NCBI GenBank assembly: GCA_964393515.1
Contig: CAYMTY010000007.1
Span: 15,710-79,709 of the forward strand
Origin: an uncultured Verrucomicrobiota bacterium
GTDB lineage: Bacteria > Verrucomicrobiota > Kiritimatiellia > CAIQIC01 > Lenti-01
Length of the DNA stretch: 64,000 nucleotides
Direction of reading: 5' to 3'
The notes below the pieces were generated by a model, which was not told where the DNA came from, did not search any database, and saw only the letters and a program-made list of their open reading frames with translations. Positions within the stretch are counted from its first letter, which is position 1; the number at the start of each line of letters is the position of its first letter. This document shows positions 44,060 to 55,069 of this stretch, piece after piece. Made by a program: the position numbers and the translations under genes.

Positions 44060-45193
44060 CTAGGCGCCGGCGTAGCGCCGTTCGATCTGCCGGCAAATCC
44101 CGGTCAGGATTTCATAGGGGATGGTGTTGCAGTGCTTGGCCAGTTCATCGGCCCAGATCCGCTCCCCGCCCTGTTCACCGATCAGCACGACCTCGTCGCC
44201 GGCTTTCACGCCGCTGTCCGGGCCGAGATCGGCCGAAATCCAGTTCATGCTGACGCGGCCGACCACGGGGCGGCGTTTCCCGCCGATGAGTACGTGGCCT
44301 TTGTTGCCGAGGTGCCGCTGGTAGCCGTCGGTGTAGCCGCAGCTGATGGTGGCCAGTTCCGTGGGCGCCGGGGTCTTGTAGCTGGCGTAATAACCCACCG
44401 CAAACCCGGCTGGCACCTTTTTCACCTGCAGCACGCGCGATTTCCACTGGAGCACGGGGGCGGTCGCAAAGCGCCGGCCGGCCTCCGCCGCGCCATAGCC
44501 GTAGAGCGAAATCCCGATCCGCACCGCGTCGTGATCGCATTCCGGCAGCAGCAGCGCGGCCCGGCTGCTGGACAGGTGGCGGAACAGGCGCCGGCCCGCC
44601 GCCGTCTCGATCGCCGGCAGCGCCTGGCGGAACTTTTCGAACTGCCCTTTGGCGGCCGTCGGCTTCTTTTCCGGCTCCACCATGGAGAAGTGGGTGCAGA
44701 CCCCCAGCACCTCCAGGCCGGTCAAGCGGACGGTCTCCGCCGCCGCCTCCGTTTCGGCCGGGCAGACGAACCCGAGCCGCCCCATACCGGTGTCCAATTT
44801 GAGGTGTACGCCCAGCCGGCCGCCGGCGGCCATTGCCGCATCGGAAAGCGCGCGGCCATGCCCGGCCGACACCACCACCGGCGTGATGCGCCCCGCCAGC
44901 ATCCGCGGCACCTCCGCCGGCCCGGCCGCCCCCAGGACCAGGATCAGTTCCGCGTCCGGCGCGGCGGCCCGCACCGCCACCGCCTCGGCCACATAAGCCA
45001 CCGCGAACCGGCTCACGCCCGCGCGGGCCAGCGCGGCCGCCACCGGCGCCAGGCCGTGGCCGTAGGCGTCCGCCTTCACGACCGCGATCATCCCCGCCCG
45101 GCCCACGGCGGCTTGGATCGCCACCGCGTTCCCGCGCAGCCGGCCCACATCCACCTCGACCCATGACCCGTTGCAATCCATCTTGGCCGCCAT
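44060..45193 (-). CDS. alr: Alanine racemase
   Basis: VVKADAYGHG (PLP Lys), KLDTGMGRLG, VRIGISLYG, GYTDG, GRVSMN, TIPYEIL. Confidence 0.96.
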   Translation of the reverse strand: MAAKMDCNGSWVEVDVGRLRGNAVAIQAAVGRAGMIAVVKADAYGHGLAPVAAALARAGVSRFAVAYVAEAVAVRAAAPDAELILVLGAAGPAEVPRMLAGRITPVVVSAGHGRALSDAAMAAGGRLGVHLKLDTGMGRLGFVCPAETEAAAETVRLTGLEVLGVCTHFSMVEPEKKPTAAKGQFEKFRQALPAIETAAGRRLFRHLSSSRAALLLPECDHDAVRIGISLYGYGAAEAGRRFATAPVLQWKSRVLQVKKVPAGFAVGYYASYKTPAPTELATISCGYTDGYQRHLGNKGHVLIGGKRRPVVGRVSMNWISADLGPDSGVKAGDEVVLIGEQGGERIWADELAKHCNTIPYEILTGICRQIERRYAGA

Positions 45194-45322
45194 TTAACAC
45201 CGGGACCTTCCCGGGCGCGACATTTTTCAGGCGGTTCCGCAAAATAGCTTCCGGAAGCCGGGACTGGACTTGCGCCCTAAGCCCGGTATACTACCGCACC
45301 AAGAACGAAGGAGGCTGCCCCG

Positions 45323-45967
45323 ATGAAATCCCGTCGCGTCCGTTTTGGGTTGTCAGTTCTAGCAGGTGTTCTGGTCCTGGGCTTACCGGCCGGCTGCGAT
45401 GACGGCGACGGCGGCCTCACCAACAAGAATCCCGGCGACAACGACAAGAACGTCGTGGCCTGCTTCGGGGACAGCATTACCATGGGGAACATGTGCGCGT
45501 GCACCCCATATCCCGCCCGCCTCGGCGCCCGCATCCGTAAAACCGTCTATAATTCCGGCGTCAACGGCACCACGGCCCAGGAAAGCGTCGGCCGCACCCA
45601 GGAAGCCATCGACCGCTACCATCCCGCCTTCATGATGATCCTCTACGGCGTCAACGACATGATTCACGGTTTCGGCGCGGGCAGCACCGCGGCCGCCGTC
45701 GGCCAGATGGTGGACATCTGTCGGCAGAACCACGTGGTGCCGGTCATCGCCACCTATCCGATCCCGATCGCGGACCACCAGGCGTTTGCCAACCGCACCC
45801 GCCTGCTGAACAGCCATCTGCGGAATCTGGCCAAGGACCTCGGCGTGCGCTGCGTCGAACTGGAGCGGGAATTCAACGAGGATCCCACTCTGTACGAACC
45901 GGACGGCCTCCACCCGAACGAAACCGGCACCCAGATCATCGCCATGGCGTTTGCGGACCTCTTTTAA
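45323..45967 (+). CDS. SGNH/GDSL hydrolase lipoprotein, paralog 1
   Basis: Lipobox LPAGC; FGDSIT, NSGVNG, YGVND, DGLHPN. Confidence 0.88.
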   Translation: MKSRRVRFGLSVLAGVLVLGLPAGCDDGDGGLTNKNPGDNDKNVVACFGDSITMGNMCACTPYPARLGARIRKTVYNSGVNGTTAQESVGRTQEAIDRYHPAFMMILYGVNDMIHGFGAGSTAAAVGQMVDICRQNHVVPVIATYPIPIADHQAFANRTRLLNSHLRNLAKDLGVRCVELEREFNEDPTLYEPDGLHPNETGTQIIAMAFADLF

Positions 45968-46060
45968 CGGACTAACTCAATTCTCATCGTTTCGCGCTGG
46001 ACGCGGGCGCTCCAATGTCCTACCCTCCAGAAAGATAGGCAATCCGAGGAGGTTTTCCTG

Positions 46061-46738
46061 ATGAAAGTTCATTGGCTGCGCCTGATGATTACCGTAACTG
46101 CGGCGGTCGCGGTTCTGTCCCTGCTGGCCGGCTGCGATGACGAGGAAGCCATCAAAAACAAGAATCCGGGCCTCAACGACCTGAACGTGGTGGTGGCCTT
46201 TGGGGACAGCCTCACCTCCGGCAGCGAATGCGCCTGCGTCCCCTACCCGGCCCGGCTTGGCTCCCTGATCAACAAAGTGGTTGTCAACGAGGGCAACAGC
46301 GGCAGCCGGGCCAACGAAGGCCTGAGCCGGATCCAGGGCGTGATCAACAGCCATCGCCCGGCGTTCATGCTGATTCTGTACGGAGTCAACGATATCATCC
46401 ACGGCGGTTCCCCGGACGGCACCGCGGCCGCCGTGATGCAGATGGCCGACATCTGCCGGCAAAACAACGTCGTGCCCGTCCTCGCCACCTATCCGCGGCC
46501 CTTCGCCGGCCACAATCTGTTCTCCACCGGTACCATCCGCCTCAACCGCGCCATCCGCGAAATGTGCCGCGCCCAGAACATCCATTACGTGAACCTCGAG
46601 CGGGAGTTCTCCGCGGGCAGGGATCCGGCGATCCCCGAGTGGCCGGTGACCGATCCCTTGCTCATGGAGCCGGACGGCCTCCACCCCAACGACGCCGGCA
46701 CCCAGGTCATCGCCGCCGCGTTCGCCGACCTGTTCTAG
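46061..46738 (+). CDS. SGNH/GDSL hydrolase lipoprotein, paralog 2
   Basis: Lipobox LLAGC; FGDSLT, NEGNSG, YGVND, DGLHPN. Confidence 0.88.
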   Translation: MKVHWLRLMITVTAAVAVLSLLAGCDDEEAIKNKNPGLNDLNVVVAFGDSLTSGSECACVPYPARLGSLINKVVVNEGNSGSRANEGLSRIQGVINSHRPAFMLILYGVNDIIHGGSPDGTAAAVMQMADICRQNNVVPVLATYPRPFAGHNLFSTGTIRLNRAIREMCRAQNIHYVNLEREFSAGRDPAIPEWPVTDPLLMEPDGLHPNDAGTQVIAAAFADLF

Positions 46739-46791
46739 GTTCGGCCGCTGGCCAACGGCAGATTGCTGACTGCCGCCTGATCCCCGCCGGC

Positions 46792-47538
46792 CTACAAGCG
46801 GGCGGCGGCCATGAGCTTGGCCAGCGTGGTGCGGCCTTCATAGAGCGCCTTGCCGACGATGGCCCCCGCCAGATTCGGCTGGCCCAGCGCCCGCAGGCGC
46901 CGGATGTGGTCCGGCGTCGTGATGCCCCCGGAGGCGATCACCCGGCACTCCGGCCCCACGGCCGCGCACAACTCCGCGGTGCCGGCGAAATTCGGGCCCC
47001 GCAGCATGCCGTCGGTGGCCGTGTCGGTGTAGATGATCGTCCGGACGCCCGCCGCTGCCGCCCGGCGCGCCAGATCCGCCGCCGTCGTCCGCGAGGTTTC
47101 GGTCCAGCCCTTCACCTGCACGAAGCCATCGCGCGCATCGATCCCGACCGCCAGCCGGTCGCCCTGCTTGGCGGCCAGCGCCGCCAGTTCCTCCGGTTGT
47201 TCCAGCGCGCGGGTGCCCAGGATCGCCCGCCGCACGCCCCGGGCCAGGGCCGCTTCGAGGTCTGCGTCGGTCCGCAGACCTCCGCCGCACTCGACCGGGA
47301 TCGCCACGGCGGCCGCCATGCGCCCGATGACGTCCAGATGCGCCGGATTGCCTTGAAACGCACCGTCGAGGTCTACCACGTGCAGCCAGGTTGCGCCCTG
47401 CCGGGCCCATTCGTGCGCCTGCGCCACCGGATCGCTGCCGTACACTGTCGCCTCTTCCGCGCGCCCCTGCCGCAGGCGGACGCATTGTCCGCCCTTCAGG
47501 TCGATCGCCGGCAGGATCGTGAATTCCGTCATGGTCAT
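46792..47538 (-). CDS. hisA: ProFAR isomerase
   Basis: ILPAIDLKGGQCVRLRQG, HVVDLDGA, GGGLRT, YTDTATDGML, IASGG, VGKALYEG. Confidence 0.96.
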   Translation of the reverse strand: MTMTEFTILPAIDLKGGQCVRLRQGRAEEATVYGSDPVAQAHEWARQGATWLHVVDLDGAFQGNPAHLDVIGRMAAAVAIPVECGGGLRTDADLEAALARGVRRAILGTRALEQPEELAALAAKQGDRLAVGIDARDGFVQVKGWTETSRTTAADLARRAAAAGVRTIIYTDTATDGMLRGPNFAGTAELCAAVGPECRVIASGGITTPDHIRRLRALGQPNLAGAIVGKALYEGRTTLAKLMAAARL

Positions 47539-48152
47539 TCCCCGCTCCAGTCAATGAAGTTCTGCAGCATGCGCAGGCCCGCCTGCTGGCTTTTCTCCGG
47601 ATGGAACTGCACGGCGGCCGTCCGTCCCCGCCACACCACCGAGGCGTATTCCACGCCATATTCCGTCCGGCCCGCCGTCCAGCCTTCCGCGCCGGGCAGA
47701 TAGAAAGAGTGCACGAAATAGAAGTAGGTGCCGTCGGGGATCCCCCGGAACAGGGGGCATTCGCGGCCCGGCGCCCGGCGCACCCGGTTCCAACCGATCT
47801 GGGGCACTTTCAAACCCGGCGCTTCCGCGAACCGCACCACCGCCGCCGGAATCAAGCCCAGGCCTTTCGCTCCGGGAGACTCCGCGCTCGATTCGCACAG
47901 CACCTGCAGGCCCAGGCACAGGCCCAGCAGCGGCCGATCCTCGCCGAGCCATTGCCGCAGCGGCTCCCCATAGCCCCGGCCGCCCAAATTGGCCATGCAA
48001 TCGCCGAAGGCCCCCACCCCCGGCAAGATCAGCGCGCGGCAGCCGGCCAGCTCCTCCGGGCCGCGCAGGATGCGCGCGGGCGCCCGCAGGAACGCCAGCG
48101 CGTTGGCCACGCTCCCGAGGTTGCCCATGCCGTAATCGATCACGCCGATCAT
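47535..48152 (-). CDS. hisH: Imidazole glycerol phosphate synthase glutaminase subunit
   Basis: DYGMGNLGSV, LPGVGAF, GLCLG, PQIGWN, YFVHSFY, QFHPEKS. Confidence 0.96.
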   Translation of the reverse strand: MIGVIDYGMGNLGSVANALAFLRAPARILRGPEELAGCRALILPGVGAFGDCMANLGGRGYGEPLRQWLGEDRPLLGLCLGLQVLCESSAESPGAKGLGLIPAAVVRFAEAPGLKVPQIGWNRVRRAPGRECPLFRGIPDGTYFYFVHSFYLPGAEGWTAGRTEYGVEYASVVWRGRTAAVQFHPEKSQQAGLRMLQNFIDWSGE

Positions 48153-48185
48153 GCCCGCATCCCTGCCGTCGCCGGCGGCGGAGTT

Positions 48186-48776
48186 TTACAGAACGCCTTT
48201 GCTCGAGGGCACGCCTTGCACGCGCGGATCCCGCCGGCAGGCCGTCTTCAGCGCCCGCGCCAGCCCCTTGAAGACCGATTCCCAGGCGTGGTGGGCATCC
48301 GCCCCGTAGAACTGGCGGATGTGCAGGTTCAGGCGCGCCTGCGTCGTGAACGCCCGGAAAAACTCGCCCAGCAGCGCCAGCTCGAAATCGAGGATTTTTT
48401 TCTTCTTATTCGCGATGTCCAGCACCAGGTACGGGCGGCCGCCGAGATCCACCACCACCCGCGACAGCGCGTCGTCCATCGGCATCAGGCTGAATCCGTA
48501 GCGTTCGATGCCCTGGCGGTCGCCGAGCGCCTTGTCCAGGGCTTCGCCCAGCGCCAGCCCGACGTCTTCGACCGTGTGGTGGTGGTCCACCGCCAGGTCG
48601 CCGGCGGCCCGCAGTTTCAGGTCGAACAGCGCGTGCTTGGCGCACAGCTCCAGCATGTGGTTGAGGAACGGCAGGCCGGTGTCGATCTCGTAGGTCCCGC
48701 CGCCATCCACGTCCAGTTCCACGCGGATCCGCGTCTCGCGCGTGTTCCGCTCCACGATGGCCTTGCGTGCATTCAT
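48186..48776 (-). CDS. hisB: Imidazoleglycerol-phosphate dehydratase
   Basis: RNTRETRI, FLNHML, DHHHTVED, PMDDAL, AHHAWESVFK, PSSKG. Confidence 0.96.
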   Translation of the reverse strand: MNARKAIVERNTRETRIRVELDVDGGGTYEIDTGLPFLNHMLELCAKHALFDLKLRAAGDLAVDHHHTVEDVGLALGEALDKALGDRQGIERYGFSLMPMDDALSRVVVDLGGRPYLVLDIANKKKKILDFELALLGEFFRAFTTQARLNLHIRQFYGADAHHAWESVFKGLARALKTACRRDPRVQGVPSSKGVL

Positions 48777-48861
48777 GTTCCCCGGAGGATAACCCGGTTG
48801 GCCGTCGCCGCGCAATGGATTTCCCGACGGCCGGAATTCCGGCGGCCGGCCGGCAACTTCA

Positions 48862-48890
48862 TCGACATTTCATCCCGGTTTGCCTAGAAT
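48862..48890 (+). promoter_or_regulatory. Sigma-70-type promoter, probably leaderless
   Basis: TCGACA-N17-TAGAAT, then 6 nt to ATG 48897. Confidence 0.55.
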
Positions 48891-48896
48891 GCCCGC

Positions 48897-49619
48897 ATGA
48901 AAGCAACAAATGTCTTTCGGCACCTGATCTGCGGTTTGGGCCTGCTGGCGGTGAGCGGCTGCCAGACCGCGCGTCTGGCCGTTCCGGCCGATCTGGAGTC
49001 CCGCGCCGAGGTGTATCCCTGCATCGGCCGCGGCGGCTTCTCGTTCGGCGAACGGTTTTCCTTCGGCCCCTACGAGGTGGCGGACGTCCGCCGCGGCTGG
49101 ACCCGCCGGGTGACATGGGGCGTTATCAGCTATGAAAACACCCGGGCGCGGCAGCAGTACGAGTTCACCCTCCGGCCCCCGGGCGGCAAGACCTGGCAGG
49201 GCCAGGCTGCCACCCACGTGCGCAAGGAGGATCTGAAGGACACCGTGGCCGGCGGCGAACTCACCTGGGGCTTGTCGCGGGAGGTCAGTCTGGTGGCGCA
49301 GTTCGGCGTGGCGGGCCAGACCAACGCCTGGACCCTCGCCCTGACCGAAGAGCGCGGGAACGTCGTGCTCAAGGGTACGCTCGCCTCCGCGACCGCCGCC
49401 TACCGGATCGAAGGCTCCCGCCAGCTCGCCGGGACTTCCATGCCCCTCATGGAAAACGCCGGCTTCCTGATCTTCGATGGCACCCGGCTGGTGGCGGCCG
49501 TCGATCTGCTCAATGCGGGCGCCGTCCATTTCGCCAACGACCTCGCCCCTGCCCGGCGCGCCCCCCTGGCGGCGGCCGCCGCCGCACTCCTCCTCTACCG
49601 CGACATCTCCCAGAACTGA
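48897..49619 (+). CDS. Hypothetical lipoprotein
   Basis: Lipobox LAVSGC; beta-rich mature region; GC3-rich codons. Confidence 0.75.
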   Translation: MKATNVFRHLICGLGLLAVSGCQTARLAVPADLESRAEVYPCIGRGGFSFGERFSFGPYEVADVRRGWTRRVTWGVISYENTRARQQYEFTLRPPGGKTWQGQAATHVRKEDLKDTVAGGELTWGLSREVSLVAQFGVAGQTNAWTLALTEERGNVVLKGTLASATAAYRIEGSRQLAGTSMPLMENAGFLIFDGTRLVAAVDLLNAGAVHFANDLAPARRAPLAAAAAALLLYRDISQN

Positions 49620-49633
49620 CGCTTACCCCCGGT

Positions 49634-50152
49634 TTACCCTTCGAACCGCGAGGCCAGTTGCGCGTATTGTTCTGCCTTGGCCCCGGACGGGTCCGCCTGG
49701 CGCAGATATTGCCGCGCGCATTCCAGACCCGCCGCCCGGCTGCCGGCGGCATCCCGGCCGGCGCGATACCCGGCATAGCGGACGGCATACTCCAGCAACA
49801 AGGCCGTCAACCACGGTTCATCATCCGTCAGGCCCGGGCGGTATTGGATCGCCAGCATCGCTACGCCTTTCCGGACCAGCGTTCCCGGATGCCGATGACC
49901 AAGAAAATACTGCATGAAAACCACATAGCGGATTCCGGAAGCAGGCCAGGCCGCCTCCACCTGCGCCCGCGCCACGGCGGCATTGCCCGCCGCCATCTGC
50001 CGCACCAAGGCGTCCCGATCCTCAAATCCCGCATACATCACCCGTACCCGGCCGATCCGCCGACGCTCATCGCAGAAGGGCCAAAGGATTGCGGCAAAGA
50101 GGTGCGAGACGAACTCCCTTGCCTTTACAACGGTGACATGCATCCCACTCAT
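49634..50152 (-). CDS. Hypothetical protein
   Basis: 172-aa ORF filling the gap between two plus-strand genes; less GC-biased codons; no recognised motif. Confidence 0.5.
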   Translation of the reverse strand: MSGMHVTVVKAREFVSHLFAAILWPFCDERRRIGRVRVMYAGFEDRDALVRQMAAGNAAVARAQVEAAWPASGIRYVVFMQYFLGHRHPGTLVRKGVAMLAIQYRPGLTDDEPWLTALLLEYAVRYAGYRAGRDAAGSRAAGLECARQYLRQADPSGAKAEQYAQLASRFEG

Positions 50153-50338
50153 GGCCGCCGGCGATCCTAGTTCTCTGCTTCGCCCTCCGTCAATGCCGTC
50201 CGGACAAAATGTCGCAGCCGCGCCGCTCGTTTTGGCGCAGGACGCGGATCATGGCCGTCCATGCGCAAATGCAATCCCTCACGGATTTATCCTTTAAAAC
50301 CACGGTGTTCCGGCCTCATTCGCAACACCCGGCGGAGT

Positions 50339-50353
50339 TGGCATGACTTCTGC
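50339..50353 (+). promoter_or_regulatory. Sigma-54-like -24/-12 element
   Basis: TGGCATGACTTCTGC: GG and GC at canonical spacing, upstream of ATG 50369. Confidence 0.4.
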
Positions 50354-50368
50354 TCAAAGAGAACCGCC

Positions 50369-51061
50369 ATGACAGACAACGCCAACAATCCCAACCCGGC
50401 CCCGACGGGGGAGCGCAAACTGCTCCGGTGGATTTTGGTCTTGCAGGTCATCATCCTGGCCTGGCTGGCCAAAAACCACTTTGACGGGGCATTCAGCCGC
50501 AGAAGCCACAACCAACCCACTGCGGTCGTTACCCAACCGGACACTCCCCCCTCCTTGGAGCCATCCGCACAACTGAATGCCCCGTCATCTTTTTCCCTCC
50601 TGCCCCGCCTGCTCGCCTTCCCGCAGCCGGCCCGGCCACCGCGCTTCCGCCATTCCGCCGACCGCATGCGCGCCGAAATGGAACAAATGCTGGCGGAAGC
50701 CAACCGCGCTTTCGCCGGTTTTGATTCCTTTTTCGACCGGGACGACGTCTGGGCGGCCCTGCCTGCCTCGCCCGCCGTAAACATGCGCGAACAGGACGAC
50801 GCCTACGAGCTCTCGCTCGCCCTGCCCAACACCGATCCCGCCGCGCTCGATGTCCGCCTCAACGGTCGCCTGCTCAGCATCTCCTCGCACCAGGACACCC
50901 GGACGCCCCGCGCGTCCGCCTCGCAGCACTTCCGCTCGAGCCTGCTGCTGCCGGGCCCCGTTGATCCGGACGCCGCTCTGCAAATCACCAACGAAACCGG
51001 GCGTATCCGCATCCGGATCCCCAAGCCGGCCGCCACCGCCACCGCGGCGCGCCGGCCTTGA
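50369..51061 (+). CDS. Hsp20/alpha-crystallin-like protein with N-terminal TM segment
   Basis: PAVNMREQDDAYELSLALP, LDVRLNGRLLSIS, FRSSLLLPGPVD, GRIRIRIPK; N-terminal LLRWILVLQVIILAWLA. Confidence 0.8.
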   Translation: MTDNANNPNPAPTGERKLLRWILVLQVIILAWLAKNHFDGAFSRRSHNQPTAVVTQPDTPPSLEPSAQLNAPSSFSLLPRLLAFPQPARPPRFRHSADRMRAEMEQMLAEANRAFAGFDSFFDRDDVWAALPASPAVNMREQDDAYELSLALPNTDPAALDVRLNGRLLSISSHQDTRTPRASASQHFRSSLLLPGPVDPDAALQITNETGRIRIRIPKPAATATAARRP

Positions 51062-51086
51062 TCTTGAAACCGACAGGAGATTCCCC

Positions 51087-52082
<996 letters not shown>

Positions 52083-52084
52083 TC

Positions 52085-52128
52085 CCGACCGGAGGTCTTC
52101 CCCTATTCTGAAATCTGACTTCTGAATC
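52085..52128. repeat. REP-like fragment plus reverse AGAAGTC-type heptamers
   Basis: CCGACCGGAGGTC followed by TATTCT-GAAATCT-GACTTCT-GAATCC between moxR and the DUF58 gene. Confidence 0.45.
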
Positions 52129-52140
52129 CGGGCTGCACCC

Positions 52141-53012
<872 letters not shown>

Positions 53013-53016
<4 letters not shown>

Positions 53017-54092
53017 GCCGATCTCTTCCAGCGCGGTTTTTCCACACAATGGAAAAAGGTTTCGCGGTTTTTCCACACTATGGAAAAAAGTTTTCCATAG
53101 TGTGGAAAACTTCCGCTTTCGGGCTGGCCGTCGCCGGCCTGGCGGCCTGTTCCAAGCCCGCGCCGCCGCCGCCGGCCCTTCCCGCCGGAAAGAATTTTTC
53201 GATCACCGCCGAGATGTCCACCAACCGGATCCGCATCGGCGACCTCGTGGACGTCACCCTGACCGCCCTGCACCGCGAAGGAACCGTCGTGGGCTTTCCC
53301 AATCCCGCCCAGGGCAAGGACGTCATCGTCCGCGACGCCCAGACCGCATCCGAAGCCCTGCCCAACGGCCTGCGGCGCACCGTGCAGAAGCTGCGCCTGA
53401 CGTCGCTGACCGTCACCAACCACATCATCGGCGAGCAGGCTGCCATTACCATTTCCACGCCGCAAGGTTTGCAGTGGACCAATTCCTATCCGTTCCTTTC
53501 GCTAGAAGTGGTCTCGGCGTTGCAGCCCGGCGAACAGGACATCCGGCCCGCCAAGGGCGGCCTGGCGCATTGGCCGCCCCCGCCGTCGCGCTGGCTTTGG
53601 GTCGCGCTGGCCGTGCTCGCCATTCTCGCCGCCGCCTTCCTCGCGCTGCGCAAAATCCTGACCACGCCGCGCACCATCCTGCACCTGGCCCCGCCGGTGC
53701 CGCCCCATGAAATCGCCCTGAACGCCCTGGCCGACCTCCGGGGGAAAGGCTGGATCGAGGCGCTCAAGATCGAGCCGTTCTACGTTGCGCTCTCCGGCAT
53801 CGTCCGCCGCTATCTCGAGGGCCGCTTCGGCCTGCGCGCCCCCGAACGCACCACCGAGGAGTTCATCCGCGACGCCCTCACCTCCCGCACGCTGTCCGAC
53901 GTCCACCGCGAGCTCGTGGCCGGCTTCCTCGAACAGAGCGACCTCGTCAAGTTCGCCCGCCACGCCCCGGGGCCGGCCGACATGCGCAACGCCCTCGATT
54001 CCGCCGAACGCCTGGTTCGCGAAACGATGCCCGTTGCCGCCGCGCCCGCGCCGCCTCCCGCGGCAAATCCGTCTCCCGGAGGGGCGGCATGA
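53013..54092 (+). CDS. Bat-operon-associated lipoprotein/membrane protein with repeat-encoded N-terminus
   Basis: GTG overlaps the DUF58 stop; lipobox GLAAC; TM segment; RRYLEGRFG..APERTTEE and DLVKFA motifs typical of genes between DUF58 and batA. Confidence 0.8.
53036..53110. repeat. TTTTCCAC..TGGAAAA palindromic repeat cluster, copy 3 (inside CDS 5' end)
   Basis: TTTTTCCACACAATGGAAAAA, TTTTTCCACACTATGGAAAAAA, TTTTCCATAGTGTGGAAAA. Confidence 0.8.
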
Positions 54093-55069
54093 TCATCTTC
54101 CGCCATCCGTTGTTCCTGCTGCTTCTGCTGCTGGTGCCGGCGCTGGCGTGGCTGCGGCATGCCCGCCGCCGCCGGGCGCCGCTGGCCTTTTCCGACGGCG
54201 CGGCGCTGCTTGGCCTGCCGCGTTCGCCATGGCTGGCCCTGCGGCACCTGCCGCCCGTCTTGTTCGCCGCGGGACTCGTTTTCCTGGTCGTGGCGGCCGC
54301 CCGGCCCCAGAAGGGCATGAGCGAATCGCGCGTCGAAACCGAAGGCGTGGACATCGTTCTGGTCGTGGACACCTCCACCTCCATGCGGGCGGAGGACTTT
54401 TCCACGGCCATCCAGCGCATGGACCGCCTCGGTGCCGCCAAATCGGTCATTGGAAAATTCATCCAGGCCCGGCCCGACGACCGCCTGGGCATCGTGGCTT
54501 TCGCCGCGATGCCCTACACCATCGCGCCGCTGACCACCGACCACGCGTGGCTGATGCTCCAGATGGACCGCCTGCAGACCGGCATGCTCGAGGACGCCAC
54601 GGCCATCGGGGATGCCATTGCCTCCGGCGTCAACCGCCTGCGCGATTCCAAGGCCAAGTCCAAGATCGTGATCCTGCTCACCGACGGCATCAACAACGCC
54701 GGACGCATGACGCCGCAGGACGCCGCGCAGGCCGCCGCCGCCCTCGGCATCAAGGTCTACACCGTTGGCGCGGGCTCCGACCAGCCGCGGACCGCCGGCA
54801 TCTTCGGCTTCATGCAGGCCGGCGGGGAAATAGACGAAGCGACGCTCAAGAAGATCGCCGAGATCACCCGGGCGAAGTATTTCCGCGCCACCGACCTGAA
54901 GAGCCTGGAAGAGACCTACCAGGCGATTGACCAGATGGAAAAAACCAAGATCGAGCTCGACCAGTACACGCGCTACGAGGAGAAGTTCGCGCCGTTCCTC
55001 GTGCTGGGGTTGCTGTGCCTCGGGCTAGAAACGCTGCTGGGCGGCACCCGCCTCGGGAGGCTGCCGTGA
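54089..55069 (+). CDS. batA: BatA-like vWA domain membrane protein
   Basis: N-terminal FRHPLFLLLL, ARPQ, DTSTSM (MIDAS), PLTTD, TAIGDA, ILLTDG, KVYTVG. Confidence 0.9.
   Translation: MIIFRHPLFLLLLLLVPALAWLRHARRRRAPLAFSDGAALLGLPRSPWLALRHLPPVLFAAGLVFLVVAAARPQKGMSESRVETEGVDIVLVVDTSTSMRAEDFSTAIQRMDRLGAAKSVIGKFIQARPDDRLGIVAFAAMPYTIAPLTTDHAWLMLQMDRLQTGMLEDATAIGDAIASGVNRLRDSKAKSKIVILLTDGINNAGRMTPQDAAQAAAALGIKVYTVGAGSDQPRTAGIFGFMQAGGEIDEATLKKIAEITRAKYFRATDLKSLEETYQAIDQMEKTKIELDQYTRYEEKFAPFLVLGLLCLGLETLLGGTRLGRLP

Noticed and set aside
53036-53110. DnaA-box-like nonamers (TTTTCCACA) as a replication origin
   Set aside because: They lie within a CDS in an operon, recur at other loci as palindromic pairs, and lack an AT-rich DUE or a dnaA/dnaN neighbour.
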